From contig CAZNBR010000003.1 in assembly GCA_964571315.1 (NCBI GenBank), positions 1 to 56,842 on the forward strand: a stretch of 56,842 nucleotides of DNA. The letters run 5' to 3'. Positions 1 to 8,011 of this stretch are shown in pieces; the stretch's first letter is position 1, and each line of letters starts with the position of its first letter. This DNA is from an uncultured Syntrophaceae bacterium. GTDB lineage: Bacteria > Desulfobacterota > Syntrophia > Syntrophales > UBA2210. Made by a program: the position numbers and the translations under genes. Below the pieces are notes generated by a model. The model ran no database searches. It had not been told where the DNA came from and saw only the letters and a list, made by a program, of their open reading frames with translations.

Positions 1-596
1 GATTTTATCGGGCAGACAAATCTGCAATCTCTGCTTGCCGCCCTGGGTGTCCCGGACGTGGCAGGTAAATCTCTCTATGTCTGCATGATCACGGACCGGC
101 TGGACAGCGCGGTCTATGGGCTCGATGCACTGCATACTCACCTGGCGGATATCGAGACGGCGGTGGATGACATCCATGACACTGACCTGCCGGCGGTAAA
201 GACGGTCGTGGACGACCTTCATGACACTGACCTGCCGGCGGTGAAGACCGTGGTTGATGCCATCCAGGCTGACATCGGCGATCCTTCAACACGGACCTTT
301 CTCCAGTCGCTGGAGGCGATGCTGGGTAATCCCGACGAGGCGGGGAAGACGATCTTCGCCAACCTAGGAGATTTTATCGGGCAGACAAATCTGCAATCTC
401 TGCTTGCCGCCCTGGGTGTCCCGGACGTGGCAGGTAAATCTCTCTATGTCTGCATGATCACGGACCGGCTGGACAGCGCGGTCTATGGGCTCGATGCACT
501 GCATACTCACCTGGCGGATATCGAGACGGCGGTGGATGACATCCATGACACTGACCTGCCGGCGGTAAAGACGGTCGTGGACGACCTTCATGACAC
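1..596. repeat. Terminal direct repeat, copy 1 (circularisation overlap with 56247-56842)
   Basis: Sequence from gattttatcgggcag at 1 to ccttcatgacac at 596 recurs at 56247-56842, and the reading frame is preserved across the junction. Confidence 0.9.
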
Positions 597-1175
597 GGAT
601 CTGCCGGCGGTGAAGACGGTCGTGGACGACCTTCATGACACTGACCTGCCGGCGGTGAAGACTGTGGTGGATGCCATTCAGGCAGACATCGGCGATCCTT
701 CAACCCGGACCTTTCTCCAGTCGCTGGAGGCGATGCTGGGCAATCCGGATGCTGCGGGGAAGACGATCTTCGCCAACCTGGGTGATTTTATCGGGCAGAC
801 AAATCTGCAATCTCTGCTTGCCGCCCTGGGTGTCCCGGACGTGGCAGGTAAATCTCTCTATGTCTGCATGATCACGGACCGGCTGGACAGCGCGGTCTAT
901 GGCCTCGATGCTCTGCATACTCACCTGGCGGATATCGAGACGGCGGTGGATGATATCCATGACACGGATCTGCCGGCGGTGAAGACTGTGGTGGACGATT
1001 TGCATGACACCTATCTGCCGGCGGTGAAGACCGTGGTTGATGACATCCATGCCGACCTTGTTACTGTGGCGGGTTACATTGACACAGAAATCGCCGATCT
1101 GGACGCGGATCTCGTCGCGGCCAAAGGTGTGATCGACGACATTCACGATACGGATCTGCCTGCGGTAAAGACGGA
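1..1175 (+). repeat. Nested coding tandem repeats: 369/414-bp units containing 45-bp subunits
   Basis: Unit starts (gattttatcggg) at 1, 370 and 784. The 45-bp subunit encodes DD(I/L)HDTDLPAVKTVV in 2-3 copies per unit. Confidence 0.9.
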
Positions 1176-1791
1176 GATCGAAACGACCTCCCTTGGTGTG
1201 GCAGGCGGTTCTGCTGCTGCCAATCAGAGGGCTGGGGCACTGCTGCGTTACATCGCCGATAACCTATCGGCTGGTTCTACGGTAGAAATCGAAACGACCT
1301 CGTTGGATGCCACCGAGGGTTCGATAGCCAACGCTTCGAGGGCAGGTCTGCTCCTGCGTTACATCGCCGATGGACTTGCTGGCGGGACGGATGCGGTCAA
1401 CCGACTGGCCGGGAAATTACAGATCAAGGCTGCCACTGTTGATCTCGCCCAGGCGGCGGGGTCCTACGATCTGTTCACGGGGACGACGCAGGATGTTGTC
1501 CTCGAAAAGCTGACCTTCCGGCTGCCGGCTGTGGATGTATCGGACGACGCCAATATTACGTCGATCAGCATCCAGTCAGACGACGCGACGCCGCAGATCC
1601 TGATCTCGTCCACGCTGGGCGTCAAGGCGAATCTTGCGAGCGAGGCGCAGATCTCCTGGACGGGAGCCGTACTGTTAAAGGCAGGAAAGAAAATACAACT
1701 GACGATCGCAGGCGGTGCGGCGGATGCTGCTACGGTTTGCGATGTGGTCACAGAACACCGGGCCGCAACTAATGGCGGATACTTGGCTTAG
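1..1791 (+). CDS. C-terminal part of a repeat-rich tail fibre/stalk protein (gene starts at 55092; ~981 aa after circularisation)
   Basis: ORF 58..1791 is in the same frame as the open frame 55092-56842. It has 123/138-aa repeats and 15-aa DDLHDTDLPAVKTVV repeats, and lies upstream of the Mtd-like gene. Confidence 0.75.
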   Translation, partial: DFIGQTNLQSLLAALGVPDVAGKSLYVCMITDRLDSAVYGLDALHTHLADIETAVDDIHDTDLPAVKTVVDDLHDTDLPAVKTVVDAIQADIGDPSTRTFLQSLEAMLGNPDEAGKTIFANLGDFIGQTNLQSLLAALGVPDVAGKSLYVCMITDRLDSAVYGLDALHTHLADIETAVDDIHDTDLPAVKTVVDDLHDTDLPAVKTVVDDLHDTDLPAVKTVVDAIQADIGDPSTRTFLQSLEAMLGNPDAAGKTIFANLGDFIGQTNLQSLLAALGVPDVAGKSLYVCMITDRLDSAVYGLDALHTHLADIETAVDDIHDTDLPAVKTVVDDLHDTYLPAVKTVVDDIHADLVTVAGYIDTEIADLDADLVAAKGVIDDIHDTDLPAVKTEIETTSLGVAGGSAAANQRAGALLRYIADNLSAGSTVEIETTSLDATEGSIANASRAGLLLRYIADGLAGGTDAVNRLAGKLQIKAATVDLAQAAGSYDLFTGTTQDVVLEKLTFRLPAVDVSDDANITSISIQSDDATPQILISSTLGVKANLASEAQISWTGAVLLKAGKKIQLTIAGGAADAATVCDVVTEHRAATNGGYLA

Positions 1792-1814
1792 CCGCCAAGA
1801 AAGGAGGACGAAAC

Positions 1815-1970
1815 ATGGCAAATGGACTGAACGGTCAGGAGGTCTCGGCAGGAGCAACAAGTTTGCCCAGTGAGGCGGACAAGACGCTCTCCGGAACACC
1901 GAAGGTTTTTACCGTAAAAGACGACGTCGGGGCGGATTATTACCAGAAATTCTATCCGACGAAGGCGTAA
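1815..1970 (+). CDS. 51-aa tail-associated miniprotein (LSGTP...YY..YP motif)
   Basis: AAGGAGG RBS at 1801 and ATG at 1815. Translation MANGLNGQEVSAGATSLPSEADKTLSGTPKVFTVKDDVGADYYQKFYPTKA. Below the ORF-track length cutoff. Confidence 0.75.
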   Translation: MANGLNGQEVSAGATSLPSEADKTLSGTPKVFTVKDDVGADYYQKFYPTKA

Positions 1971-1982
1971 GGCGTAAGACAC

Positions 1983-2009
1983 TTGAGGACAGTTTGAAGC
2001 TGTCCTCAA
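1983..2009 (+). promoter_or_regulatory. Intergenic hairpin (TGAGGACAG family)
   Basis: ttgaggacag-tttgaag-ctgtcctcaa is a perfect 10-bp stem. Related hairpins occur at 30858 and 31375. Confidence 0.55.
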
Positions 2010-2033
2010 TAAACATTGAAAAGGAGAAAAACA

Positions 2034-2312
2034 TTGAAAGGTTATCCTAAAGTAATCGCAACAAAAGCGGATTTCGAGAACCTGCTGGCCGATCCAGGGT
2101 TTAAAGCCCAGGCGCTCGTAGATATTAAAGCGGTCGTGGACCTGGATGACGATACTATGGAGAGGGTCGTCAGTTACGACATGGATGAGGCAGGGAAGAT
2201 GATCAACGTTGTTACGGAGACCGTCCCGGCGCTCATGCCGAAATGGCGACGCATGGGCTTTGCATCGCGAGAGGCCGCACTGGATCTCTATCTGCAGAAT
2301 GGAGGTGAATAA
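2034..2312 (+). CDS. Hypothetical protein upstream of the DGR target (possible tail-fibre chaperone or adaptor)
   Basis: AAGGAG RBS then TTG at 2034 (MKGYPKVIATKADFENLL...). Ends next to the RBS of the following gene. Confidence 0.65.
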   Translation: MKGYPKVIATKADFENLLADPGFKAQALVDIKAVVDLDDDTMERVVSYDMDEAGKMINVVTETVPALMPKWRRMGFASREAALDLYLQNGGE

Positions 2313-2314
2313 TC

Positions 2315-3358
2315 ATGGCAAATCGACAAGTAACACTGGACGTCAGCGACAACATCATCGCCGCTGCGGTTATGTCTCAGAATTTTTGGGCGATAAAGAA
2401 TCTGCGGCTCATTGAACCGCACGCCGCCGGGGACAACACATGCGTGGTTGTTAATCCCGGTGCAAATTACGTTCCCATCGACATTGGCGCTCATTGGTTT
2501 TTAATGGACTCCGCCGTAGAAGTTGACTCTGTTGACGATCTGGACACCGGCGCTCTGGCGGCGGGTACTGACTATTACGTTTATGCCTGTACGGACGGCA
2601 CAACGATTTCATTCCTGGTTTCAGCCAACTCAACCAACCCAACCGGCTTCGATGCTGCTCATTCCCGCAAGATCGGAGGATTTCACACGCTGTGTGTTGC
2701 TGTAGGGGCTATCGGTGGACACACACTTACCGGATACGTCGCTAATGATATTCTGCCCGCATCTGTGTGGTGTCTGAAGCACCGGGCAAAGACCTTGGTC
2801 AATGTCGGAATGGTGTATGACAGCGGGATCCAGAAGTGGGTGGACATATATATGGCCTCCGGAACAGGGACGGGTACAACCTCCGCCAACGGCGCGACCG
2901 CCTCCGACACCCGCGACTGGAATGACTTCGTGGATGATGGTCATGCGGTGGGTAAACGGCTACCGACAGATGCAGAATTCCAGAGATTTGCCGCGGGATC
3001 AAACGAAGAGACCAATATTTCAACAAGCGCAGACCCCGTTACCACTGGCGGACATTCCGATACGGCCGCTCGTCGAATGATCTCCAACATTGGGTGCGAG
3101 GACTGCTGTGGGGCCTGGAATCAGTGGCTGGATGAGCAGTCTGCGATGTACGATGATGCAGTTGCAGCGGGATGGTATGACCTGCCCGGTTCCAAAGGTC
3201 AATTATACCGTCCAGTGGACACAAATGACGTTAAGCTGATCGCCGGGGGCAATTGGGTCAATGCCGCGATTGCCGGTTCTCGGTGCCGGGATGCGGGTTA
3301 CTATCGCTGGACTGCGAATGCGGCTCTCGGCGCGCGCTTCGTTGCGGAGCCGTTATAA
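2315..3358 (+). CDS. DGR target 1: Mtd-like receptor-binding protein with C-terminal C-type-lectin/FGE-type fold
   Basis: Motifs GGFHTLC, WVDIY, GKRLPTDAEF, RRMISNIGCEDCCG and GGNW...GSRCR...GARFVAEPL. The 3' end is a VR matching the TR. Confidence 0.9.
   Translation: MANRQVTLDVSDNIIAAAVMSQNFWAIKNLRLIEPHAAGDNTCVVVNPGANYVPIDIGAHWFLMDSAVEVDSVDDLDTGALAAGTDYYVYACTDGTTISFLVSANSTNPTGFDAAHSRKIGGFHTLCVAVGAIGGHTLTGYVANDILPASVWCLKHRAKTLVNVGMVYDSGIQKWVDIYMASGTGTGTTSANGATASDTRDWNDFVDDGHAVGKRLPTDAEFQRFAAGSNEETNISTSADPVTTGGHSDTAARRMISNIGCEDCCGAWNQWLDEQSAMYDDAVAAGWYDLPGSKGQLYRPVDTNDVKLIAGGNWVNAAIAGSRCRDAGYYRWTANAALGARFVAEPL
3235..3348 (+). repeat. DGR variable repeat VR1
   Basis: 114-bp ungapped match to the TR with 13 mismatches, all at TR adenines (e.g. 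aac>gtc, aat>att, aat>gat, aat>ggt, aac>tac, acg>gcg, aat>gct, atc>ctc). Confidence 0.97.
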
Positions 3359-3376
3359 CACGGGATACGGCTCACG

Positions 3377-3394
3377 GCGCCGTGAATACGGCGC
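3377..3394 (+). promoter_or_regulatory. GC-rich DNA hairpin downstream of VR1/IMH (retrohoming recognition element)
   Basis: gcgccgt-gaat-acggcgc, a 7-bp stem with a 4-nt loop, ~30 nt after the VR. Position matches the BPP-1 hairpin/cruciform. Confidence 0.7.
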
Positions 3395-3437
3395 AAAAGG
3401 ACTGAGGGTTACAGGCTATGAAGTCAAATCGACCGAG

Positions 3438-3551
3438 GCTGATCGCCGGGGGCAATTGGAACAATGCCGCGAATGCCGGTTCTCGGTGCCGGAATGCGAA
3501 TAACTATCGCTGGAATACGAATACGAATATCGGCGCGCGCTTCGTTGCGGA
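3438..3551 (+). ncRNA. DGR template repeat (TR)
   Basis: Non-coding copy between target and RT, with 10 AAY codons in the target frame and 25 adenines before the terminal gcgga. It diverges from the VRs after gcgga (tacagg versus gccg), i.e. IMH* versus IMH. Confidence 0.97.
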
Positions 3552-3699
3552 TACAGGACTGCGGAAATGAGTAATACTCCTGGCTGGATTTCATGGCCTT
3601 GTCTCTGGAAATCCAGAGGCAAAACACATATCGGAGGCGTCGGGCAACCAGTAGCGCAAGCGAACCTTGTCCGTCGCATTTTATAAAACGGATAGAATA

Positions 3700-4728
3700 A
3701 TGAAACGACACAGTAACTTATATCAAGTAATCACAAGCGAAGAGAATGTGCGGGAATCCTGGTTGGAAGCCCGGCGGGGCAAATCAAGCAAAAGTGCAGT
3801 GCGTCGTTTTGAGCGGGATCTGGATCGGAATCTTCAGCAGATCCGGGAATTACTGATCAACAAAACTTACAAGCCATCTCCCTACACGACCAAGATGATT
3901 CATGAGCCCAAGACGCGGCTCATCTACATCCTGCCGTTCGCGCCGGATCGTGTCATCCATCATGTGTTGATGCGGGTAATCGAGCCGATCTGGGAGGGAT
4001 TGTTTATTTCCGATTCCTACGCCTGTATCAAAGGCAAAGGATTGCACGGGGGCAGCAGACGGACTATGGAGTTTGTCCGCAGGAATCGATATTGCCTGAA
4101 GATGGACATCTCGAAATTCTACCCGTCAGTTGATCACGACATCCTCTATGATATCATTCAGCGCAAGATCAAATGCGTTGACACGCTCTGGCTGTTCCGG
4201 AAGATCATCTACAGCATCCCGGACGGGAAGAATGTCCCGATCGGAAACTATACCAGCCAATGGATGGGCAATCTCTATCTGAACGAGCTGGATTACTTTG
4301 TCAAACATTCCTTGCGCGTCAAGGATTATGTCCGATACTGCGATGATTTCTGCCTGTTCCATAATGACAAAAAGCACCTGGCCCGGCTCGCTTCCGAAAT
4401 CGAAACATTCCTGGCCGATACCCTGGCTTTAAAACTCAGCAAGAACTCAGTTTTCCCCGTTACTCAAGGGGTTGATTTCCTGGGCTATCGACACTTTCCA
4501 ACCCACATACTGTTGCGGAAATCCACGACAACAAGAATACGCCGGCGGTTACGCAGATTGCCATCAGCACTAGCGGATGGTCACATCAGTTTTGAATATT
4601 TCCGGTCCTGCATCGCTTCCGTCAAAGGGTGGATGCGCTGGGCTAACACACACCATCTACGACTCGCCATGGAATTAGCGGCGCTGGAAAGGATTGTGGA
4701 AAATGGAGGAATCGCCAAAGCGGTTTAA
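3700..4728 (+). CDS. DGR reverse transcriptase
   Basis: Motifs EPKTRLI, DRVIHH, SYACIKGKG, KMDISKFYPSVDH, PIGNYTSQW (DGR-type SQ), YVRYCDDF and DFLGY. ~342 aa with no maturase or endonuclease domain, adjacent to the TR. Confidence 0.96.
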   Translation: MKRHSNLYQVITSEENVRESWLEARRGKSSKSAVRRFERDLDRNLQQIRELLINKTYKPSPYTTKMIHEPKTRLIYILPFAPDRVIHHVLMRVIEPIWEGLFISDSYACIKGKGLHGGSRRTMEFVRRNRYCLKMDISKFYPSVDHDILYDIIQRKIKCVDTLWLFRKIIYSIPDGKNVPIGNYTSQWMGNLYLNELDYFVKHSLRVKDYVRYCDDFCLFHNDKKHLARLASEIETFLADTLALKLSKNSVFPVTQGVDFLGYRHFPTHILLRKSTTTRIRRRLRRLPSALADGHISFEYFRSCIASVKGWMRWANTHHLRLAMELAALERIVENGGIAKAV

Positions 4729-5008
4729 AGATTTTGCCAAAGAGCATGTGCCACTGGATGGCGCGAAACTGAAAATTGACGATATATTGAATAAGGAAAT
4801 AATGGTGATCGGATTCCGAGTCAAAGATAGTAAGTTCATCAAGGCTAACGCACCGACATGCCTGACCATACAGTTCACGCTGGGTGATGAACGACACATA
4901 GCATTTACCGGGAGTCAGGTGTTGCTCGATCAATGCAGGTCCTACGAAACCGAGATCCCGTTTCTGGCCACAGTAAAGAAGGTGGATAAGTATTATACGT
5001 TTACGTAA
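4703..5008 (+). CDS. Small beta-rich protein overlapping the RT 3' end (candidate DGR accessory factor)
   Basis: 101 aa, overlaps the RT stop. Alternating hydrophobic strands (EIMVIGF, LTIQF, HIAFTGS, PFLATV, YYTF), unlike helical Avd. Confidence 0.7.
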   Translation: MEESPKRFKDFAKEHVPLDGAKLKIDDILNKEIMVIGFRVKDSKFIKANAPTCLTIQFTLGDERHIAFTGSQVLLDQCRSYETEIPFLATVKKVDKYYTFT

Positions 5009-5072
5009 TCGATGGGGATATTGGGATTAATGAATAATCTCTAAAATACTATACTGCGAAGGAGAACTATCA

Positions 5073-5501
5073 ATGAATCTTTTTACAAAAATTGAATTAT
5101 CGTTACTGCGGATTTTTGTGTATGCCATTATTTTGGCCCCTTTGTGCCTATGGGGAGTAAGAGAAAGCGTTGACGTGGAGCCTGTGGTGACAACATGGAA
5201 TATGTATATAACCCCTATAGCGGTGGGAGTATCCACTGCTGTGATAATGATATTTATCAGCCGCCTATTTAAGCGCCAGGATAGCAAGGACGAAGAAATT
5301 AAAAAATTGTCAGCGGAAAAAGAGACACTCAAGGAACAAAATATACATCAGTGGCGTGAAACATATACCGATACTCTATGTGCGATAAAGAATTCTGTGG
5401 ACAGGATTGAAACAGCCCTCAATGAAAAGGTTGACAAGGAGGATTGCATCAGGGAATCTGGAAATCAATGGAATGCTATTAATAAGTTAAGGAAAGCATA
5501 A
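5073..5501 (+). CDS. Membrane protein with coiled-coil tail (holin/lysis-associated)
   Basis: AAGGAG RBS, two hydrophobic segments followed by a charged helical tail, and position upstream of the endolysin. Confidence 0.6.
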   Translation: MNLFTKIELSLLRIFVYAIILAPLCLWGVRESVDVEPVVTTWNMYITPIAVGVSTAVIMIFISRLFKRQDSKDEEIKKLSAEKETLKEQNIHQWRETYTDTLCAIKNSVDRIETALNEKVDKEDCIRESGNQWNAINKLRKA

Positions 5502-5556
5502 TCATCGGCCATAGTAGCGTCGCTGATTGTAAGATATTCCAATGGAGGTGAGAACA

Positions 5557-6027
5557 ATGAGCAGAAAAATTGATGAATTAACACCCGGTATGCAAATTAA
5601 ATATTTCAAGTTTGATGCAGCGATGAAAGCGGCAGGAATTCCGTATATGATTACATGTACTTCGCGACTCGTGAAGGAGCAGATAGCACTTTACGCGCAA
5701 GGAAGAAACACTCTTGATTATGTCAATACTCTTCGTCAAGCAGCAGGGATGCCGTTTATCACGGAAAAGGAAAATAGGAAAGTTACCTGGACTCTAAAAT
5801 CCAGACATCTTATTGACTTGGATGACGAGAATATAGAAAACGACAAATCGGAAGCATTCGACATAGCGATTACAAAAGACGGGAAGCCAGTCTGGGATGT
5901 AAAGGTGGATGTAGACAAAGATTCTATCCCTGACTACGAAGAAGCAGCAAGGATAGGAGAATCGGTTGGACTGATTGCGGGAGCCCGGTTTAAAAATAAG
6001 GACTACCCACATTTTCAAGACAGTTAA
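5557..6027 (+). CDS. Endolysin, M15 family (L-Ala-D-Glu-type) peptidase
   Basis: Motifs R...EQ.ALYAQGR, VTWTLKSRH, AFDI and DYPHFQ. GGAGG RBS. Confidence 0.88.
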   Translation: MSRKIDELTPGMQIKYFKFDAAMKAAGIPYMITCTSRLVKEQIALYAQGRNTLDYVNTLRQAAGMPFITEKENRKVTWTLKSRHLIDLDDENIENDKSEAFDIAITKDGKPVWDVKVDVDKDSIPDYEEAARIGESVGLIAGARFKNKDYPHFQDS

Positions 6028-6039
6028 GGAGGAACAATC

Positions 6040-6486
6040 ATGGGAATCATGGGAATCAATGTGGACGTTGGAACAGTATTTAGCGGACTTGGCACGCTGG
6101 CGAAGGATATTCGCTCAGCTATAACCGGGTCTGAACCTATTGACGCAAATAAGGCGGCAGAGCTGTCCGTCAAAGTACAAGAGCTTGAAATGGGGATTGA
6201 AAAAACAAGAATCTCCGTAATGCTTGCCGAAGCGGGATCCGCGGACCCCTGGACATCGAGGGCGAGACCCTCTTTTTTGTATGTGTTTTATGTCGTTATC
6301 ATTGTCCTTGTCCTGGCTGCGCCACTTGTCGGGGTGTTCTTCCCTACACAGATGACACAGTTTTACGTAAACGTTGCAGCAGGATTCAAGGCTATTCCAG
6401 AGGCAATGTGGGCGACTTTTTCCGTGGGCTATTTGGGGTACACGGCGGCACGGCAATATGGGAAATCGAAAGGTTCTGATCAATAA
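6040..6486 (+). CDS. Holin (3TM / GTA-holin-like)
   Basis: AEA.S.DPWTSRARP motif, hydrophobic helices and GYLGYTAARQYGK, directly after the endolysin. Confidence 0.8.
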   Translation: MGIMGINVDVGTVFSGLGTLAKDIRSAITGSEPIDANKAAELSVKVQELEMGIEKTRISVMLAEAGSADPWTSRARPSFLYVFYVVIIVLVLAAPLVGVFFPTQMTQFYVNVAAGFKAIPEAMWATFSVGYLGYTAARQYGKSKGSDQ

Positions 6487-6566
6487 AAACACTTGGACCT
6501 TTACCTGTGGTGAGTTTATTGCTCTATATATAGTTGATTATAAATAGTATTATACTAAAGCGCATA

Positions 6567-6612
6567 ACTCTTAATCAGTAGGTTCGGGGTTCGACTCCCC
6601 GGCGGCTCACCA
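6567..6612 (+). other. attP core: 3' half of tRNA-Lys(CTT)
   Basis: actcttaatcagtaggttcggggttcgactccccggcggctcacca contains the anticodon loop CTCTTAA, the T-arm GGTTCGAC and a CCA end. The 5' half of the tRNA is absent, and the integrase is adjacent. Confidence 0.88.
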
Positions 6613-6617
6613 ATAGT

Positions 6618-6649
6618 AAGGGGTTGCGAGTATTCGTAACCCCTTTTTT
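6618..6649 (+). terminator. Rho-independent terminator after the attP tRNA fragment
   Basis: aaggggttgcga-gtat-tcgtaacccctt followed by a T-run. Confidence 0.8.
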
Positions 6650-6720
6650 CTTACCACACTCACCACATCTCACCACGGACGTTTTTTTGTGGTGACTTAT
6701 GATGATGAAGGAGGAGGAGA

Positions 6721-7734
6721 TTACTTATTGAGGTGATCTACGGCTTGTCTCATGGTTGCCATTGATACGTGCGCGTAGATCTGTGTGGTAAGAACAGATC
6801 GATGCCCGAGTAGCTTTTGAATTATTCTTATGTCGGTTCCAGCATCAAGTAAATGACTGGCAAAACTGTGTCTGAATTGATGTGGAGTGACTTTCTTTTC
6901 TATCCCCGCATTCTTTAATGCCGTCTTCAATGGCGTGCGTATGTCTGTCAGGGCCCCGTCCAGCTCCTTACCATTTTTTTTCGTCATCCGCGACGGGAAT
7001 AGCCATTTGCCAGTCATGTCTAAATCGGCCAGTATCGCTCTCAGATCGTCCACAACGGGCACAATCCGCTCCCGGCCTCCCTTTCCCCTTATCCGCAGGT
7101 AACTCTTGTCCTGGGCTAAATCTGACGGTTTCAGATGCGTTACTTCATCCTTCCTCAACCCGCAGTAATACATTGTGGCAAACAAGGCTCGAGTTGTTCC
7201 GGGCATGGCGGAAAGAATACTCACCACCTCACCACAATTCAAAGTGCTCGGAAGCTTCTTCTTAAATGGCAGAGCTTCGAATTTTTCCGGCAGGGAGCAT
7301 AGGTTTTGCTTTGCTCCCCATTTGATCATGGCGGAAAGGCAGAGCAGTTCAAGGTTGATTGCCCGATTGACTGTGGGCCTTGTCGTGGTTTCCTTCCTGT
7401 GTTTCTTGTAGGCGGTAATAATGTTGCTGTTGATGAAATCGGGCTGCATATTGCCAAAAAAGGGCAGTATGCGATTCCAGAACATCATCTTTTTTTCTTT
7501 CAGGGTTTTTGGCGACTGCTGCATCTCAACCCATTTGAGGTATTCTGCCGCGATCATGTCGCAGGTGTGGGCCCCGTGTTTCGCGGGCTTGTGGAATTGC
7601 TTCTTTAATTCTCTCTCATAGGCAAGGGCTTCATCGCGCGCGCCGTGATAGGTGAGCATGTGCCGGGGGCTGTCCCTTCCGCCCTCTCGGAAATCGATGG
7701 TATGCTTATTTGATGACTGTGATCGGACTGACAT
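6721..7734 (-). CDS. int: Tyrosine recombinase / phage integrase
   Basis: Catalytic motifs GLRKDE, GKGGRER, HQFRHSFASHLL and LGHRSVLTTQIY, adjacent to attP. Confidence 0.95.
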   Translation of the reverse strand: MSVRSQSSNKHTIDFREGGRDSPRHMLTYHGARDEALAYERELKKQFHKPAKHGAHTCDMIAAEYLKWVEMQQSPKTLKEKKMMFWNRILPFFGNMQPDFINSNIITAYKKHRKETTTRPTVNRAINLELLCLSAMIKWGAKQNLCSLPEKFEALPFKKKLPSTLNCGEVVSILSAMPGTTRALFATMYYCGLRKDEVTHLKPSDLAQDKSYLRIRGKGGRERIVPVVDDLRAILADLDMTGKWLFPSRMTKKNGKELDGALTDIRTPLKTALKNAGIEKKVTPHQFRHSFASHLLDAGTDIRIIQKLLGHRSVLTTQIYAHVSMATMRQAVDHLNK

Positions 7735-8011
7735 TTATCCTACCCAGTCTTGCGCTTCTGTCTCTCGTAGAGATTTGGATTCGATGGATACGATCCGGCT
7801 CATTATAATTTTATCCTTTAGTTGGCGTTCAGCTTTTTTTTGATTTGTCCCAAGTCCAGTACACGGCGGCAAAAGTAGCCATGCTTACGATGATCCGCAA
7901 CCAAGCAGCCTCAGGCCAAGCTTCTTTTACCAACGTATAAATCACCACTCCCAAAAAAAAGACACCCAACGAAAACAGCCACTGTTTCATGATTTTCCCC
8001 TTGTTCTCTCT

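Larger units (their letters stand above)
2315..5008 (+). mobile_element. Diversity-generating retroelement core cassette (target-VR-IMH-hairpin-TR-RT-small ORF)
   Basis: Co-oriented target, TR and RT with adenine-specific TR/VR mismatches. Confidence 0.95.
6506..6695. promoter_or_regulatory. Putative integrase arm-type binding sites (TCACCACA/TGTGGTGA)
   Basis: tgtggtga at 6506, ttaccaca at 6651, tcaccaca at 6660, tcaccacg at 6670 and tgtggtga at 6688, flanking the core on both sides. Confidence 0.65.

Noticed and set aside
160-1175. CRISPR-like array from the regular 45-bp repeats
   Set aside because: The repeats are contiguous and in-frame coding, with no unique spacers and no cas genes.
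2034-2312. ORF upstream of target 1 as Avd
   Set aside because: It is shorter than typical Avd, acidic with beta-like segments, and lacks an Avd-like C-terminal GGW helix.
3261-3711. Short ORFs over VR1/TR (3261-3503, 3416-3679, 3424-3711) as avd or other genes
   Set aside because: Alternative-frame readings of the VR and TR. Similar peptides recur over VR2, and none looks Avd-like.
3700-4728. Group II intron or retron RT
   Set aside because: No maturase/endonuclease domain and no retron VTG motif seen. The SQ motif and the TR/VR pair identify a DGR.
6540-6612. Complete tRNA-Lys gene
   Set aside because: Only the anticodon loop to CCA is present. There is no acceptor 5' strand or D-arm, so it is an attP core.
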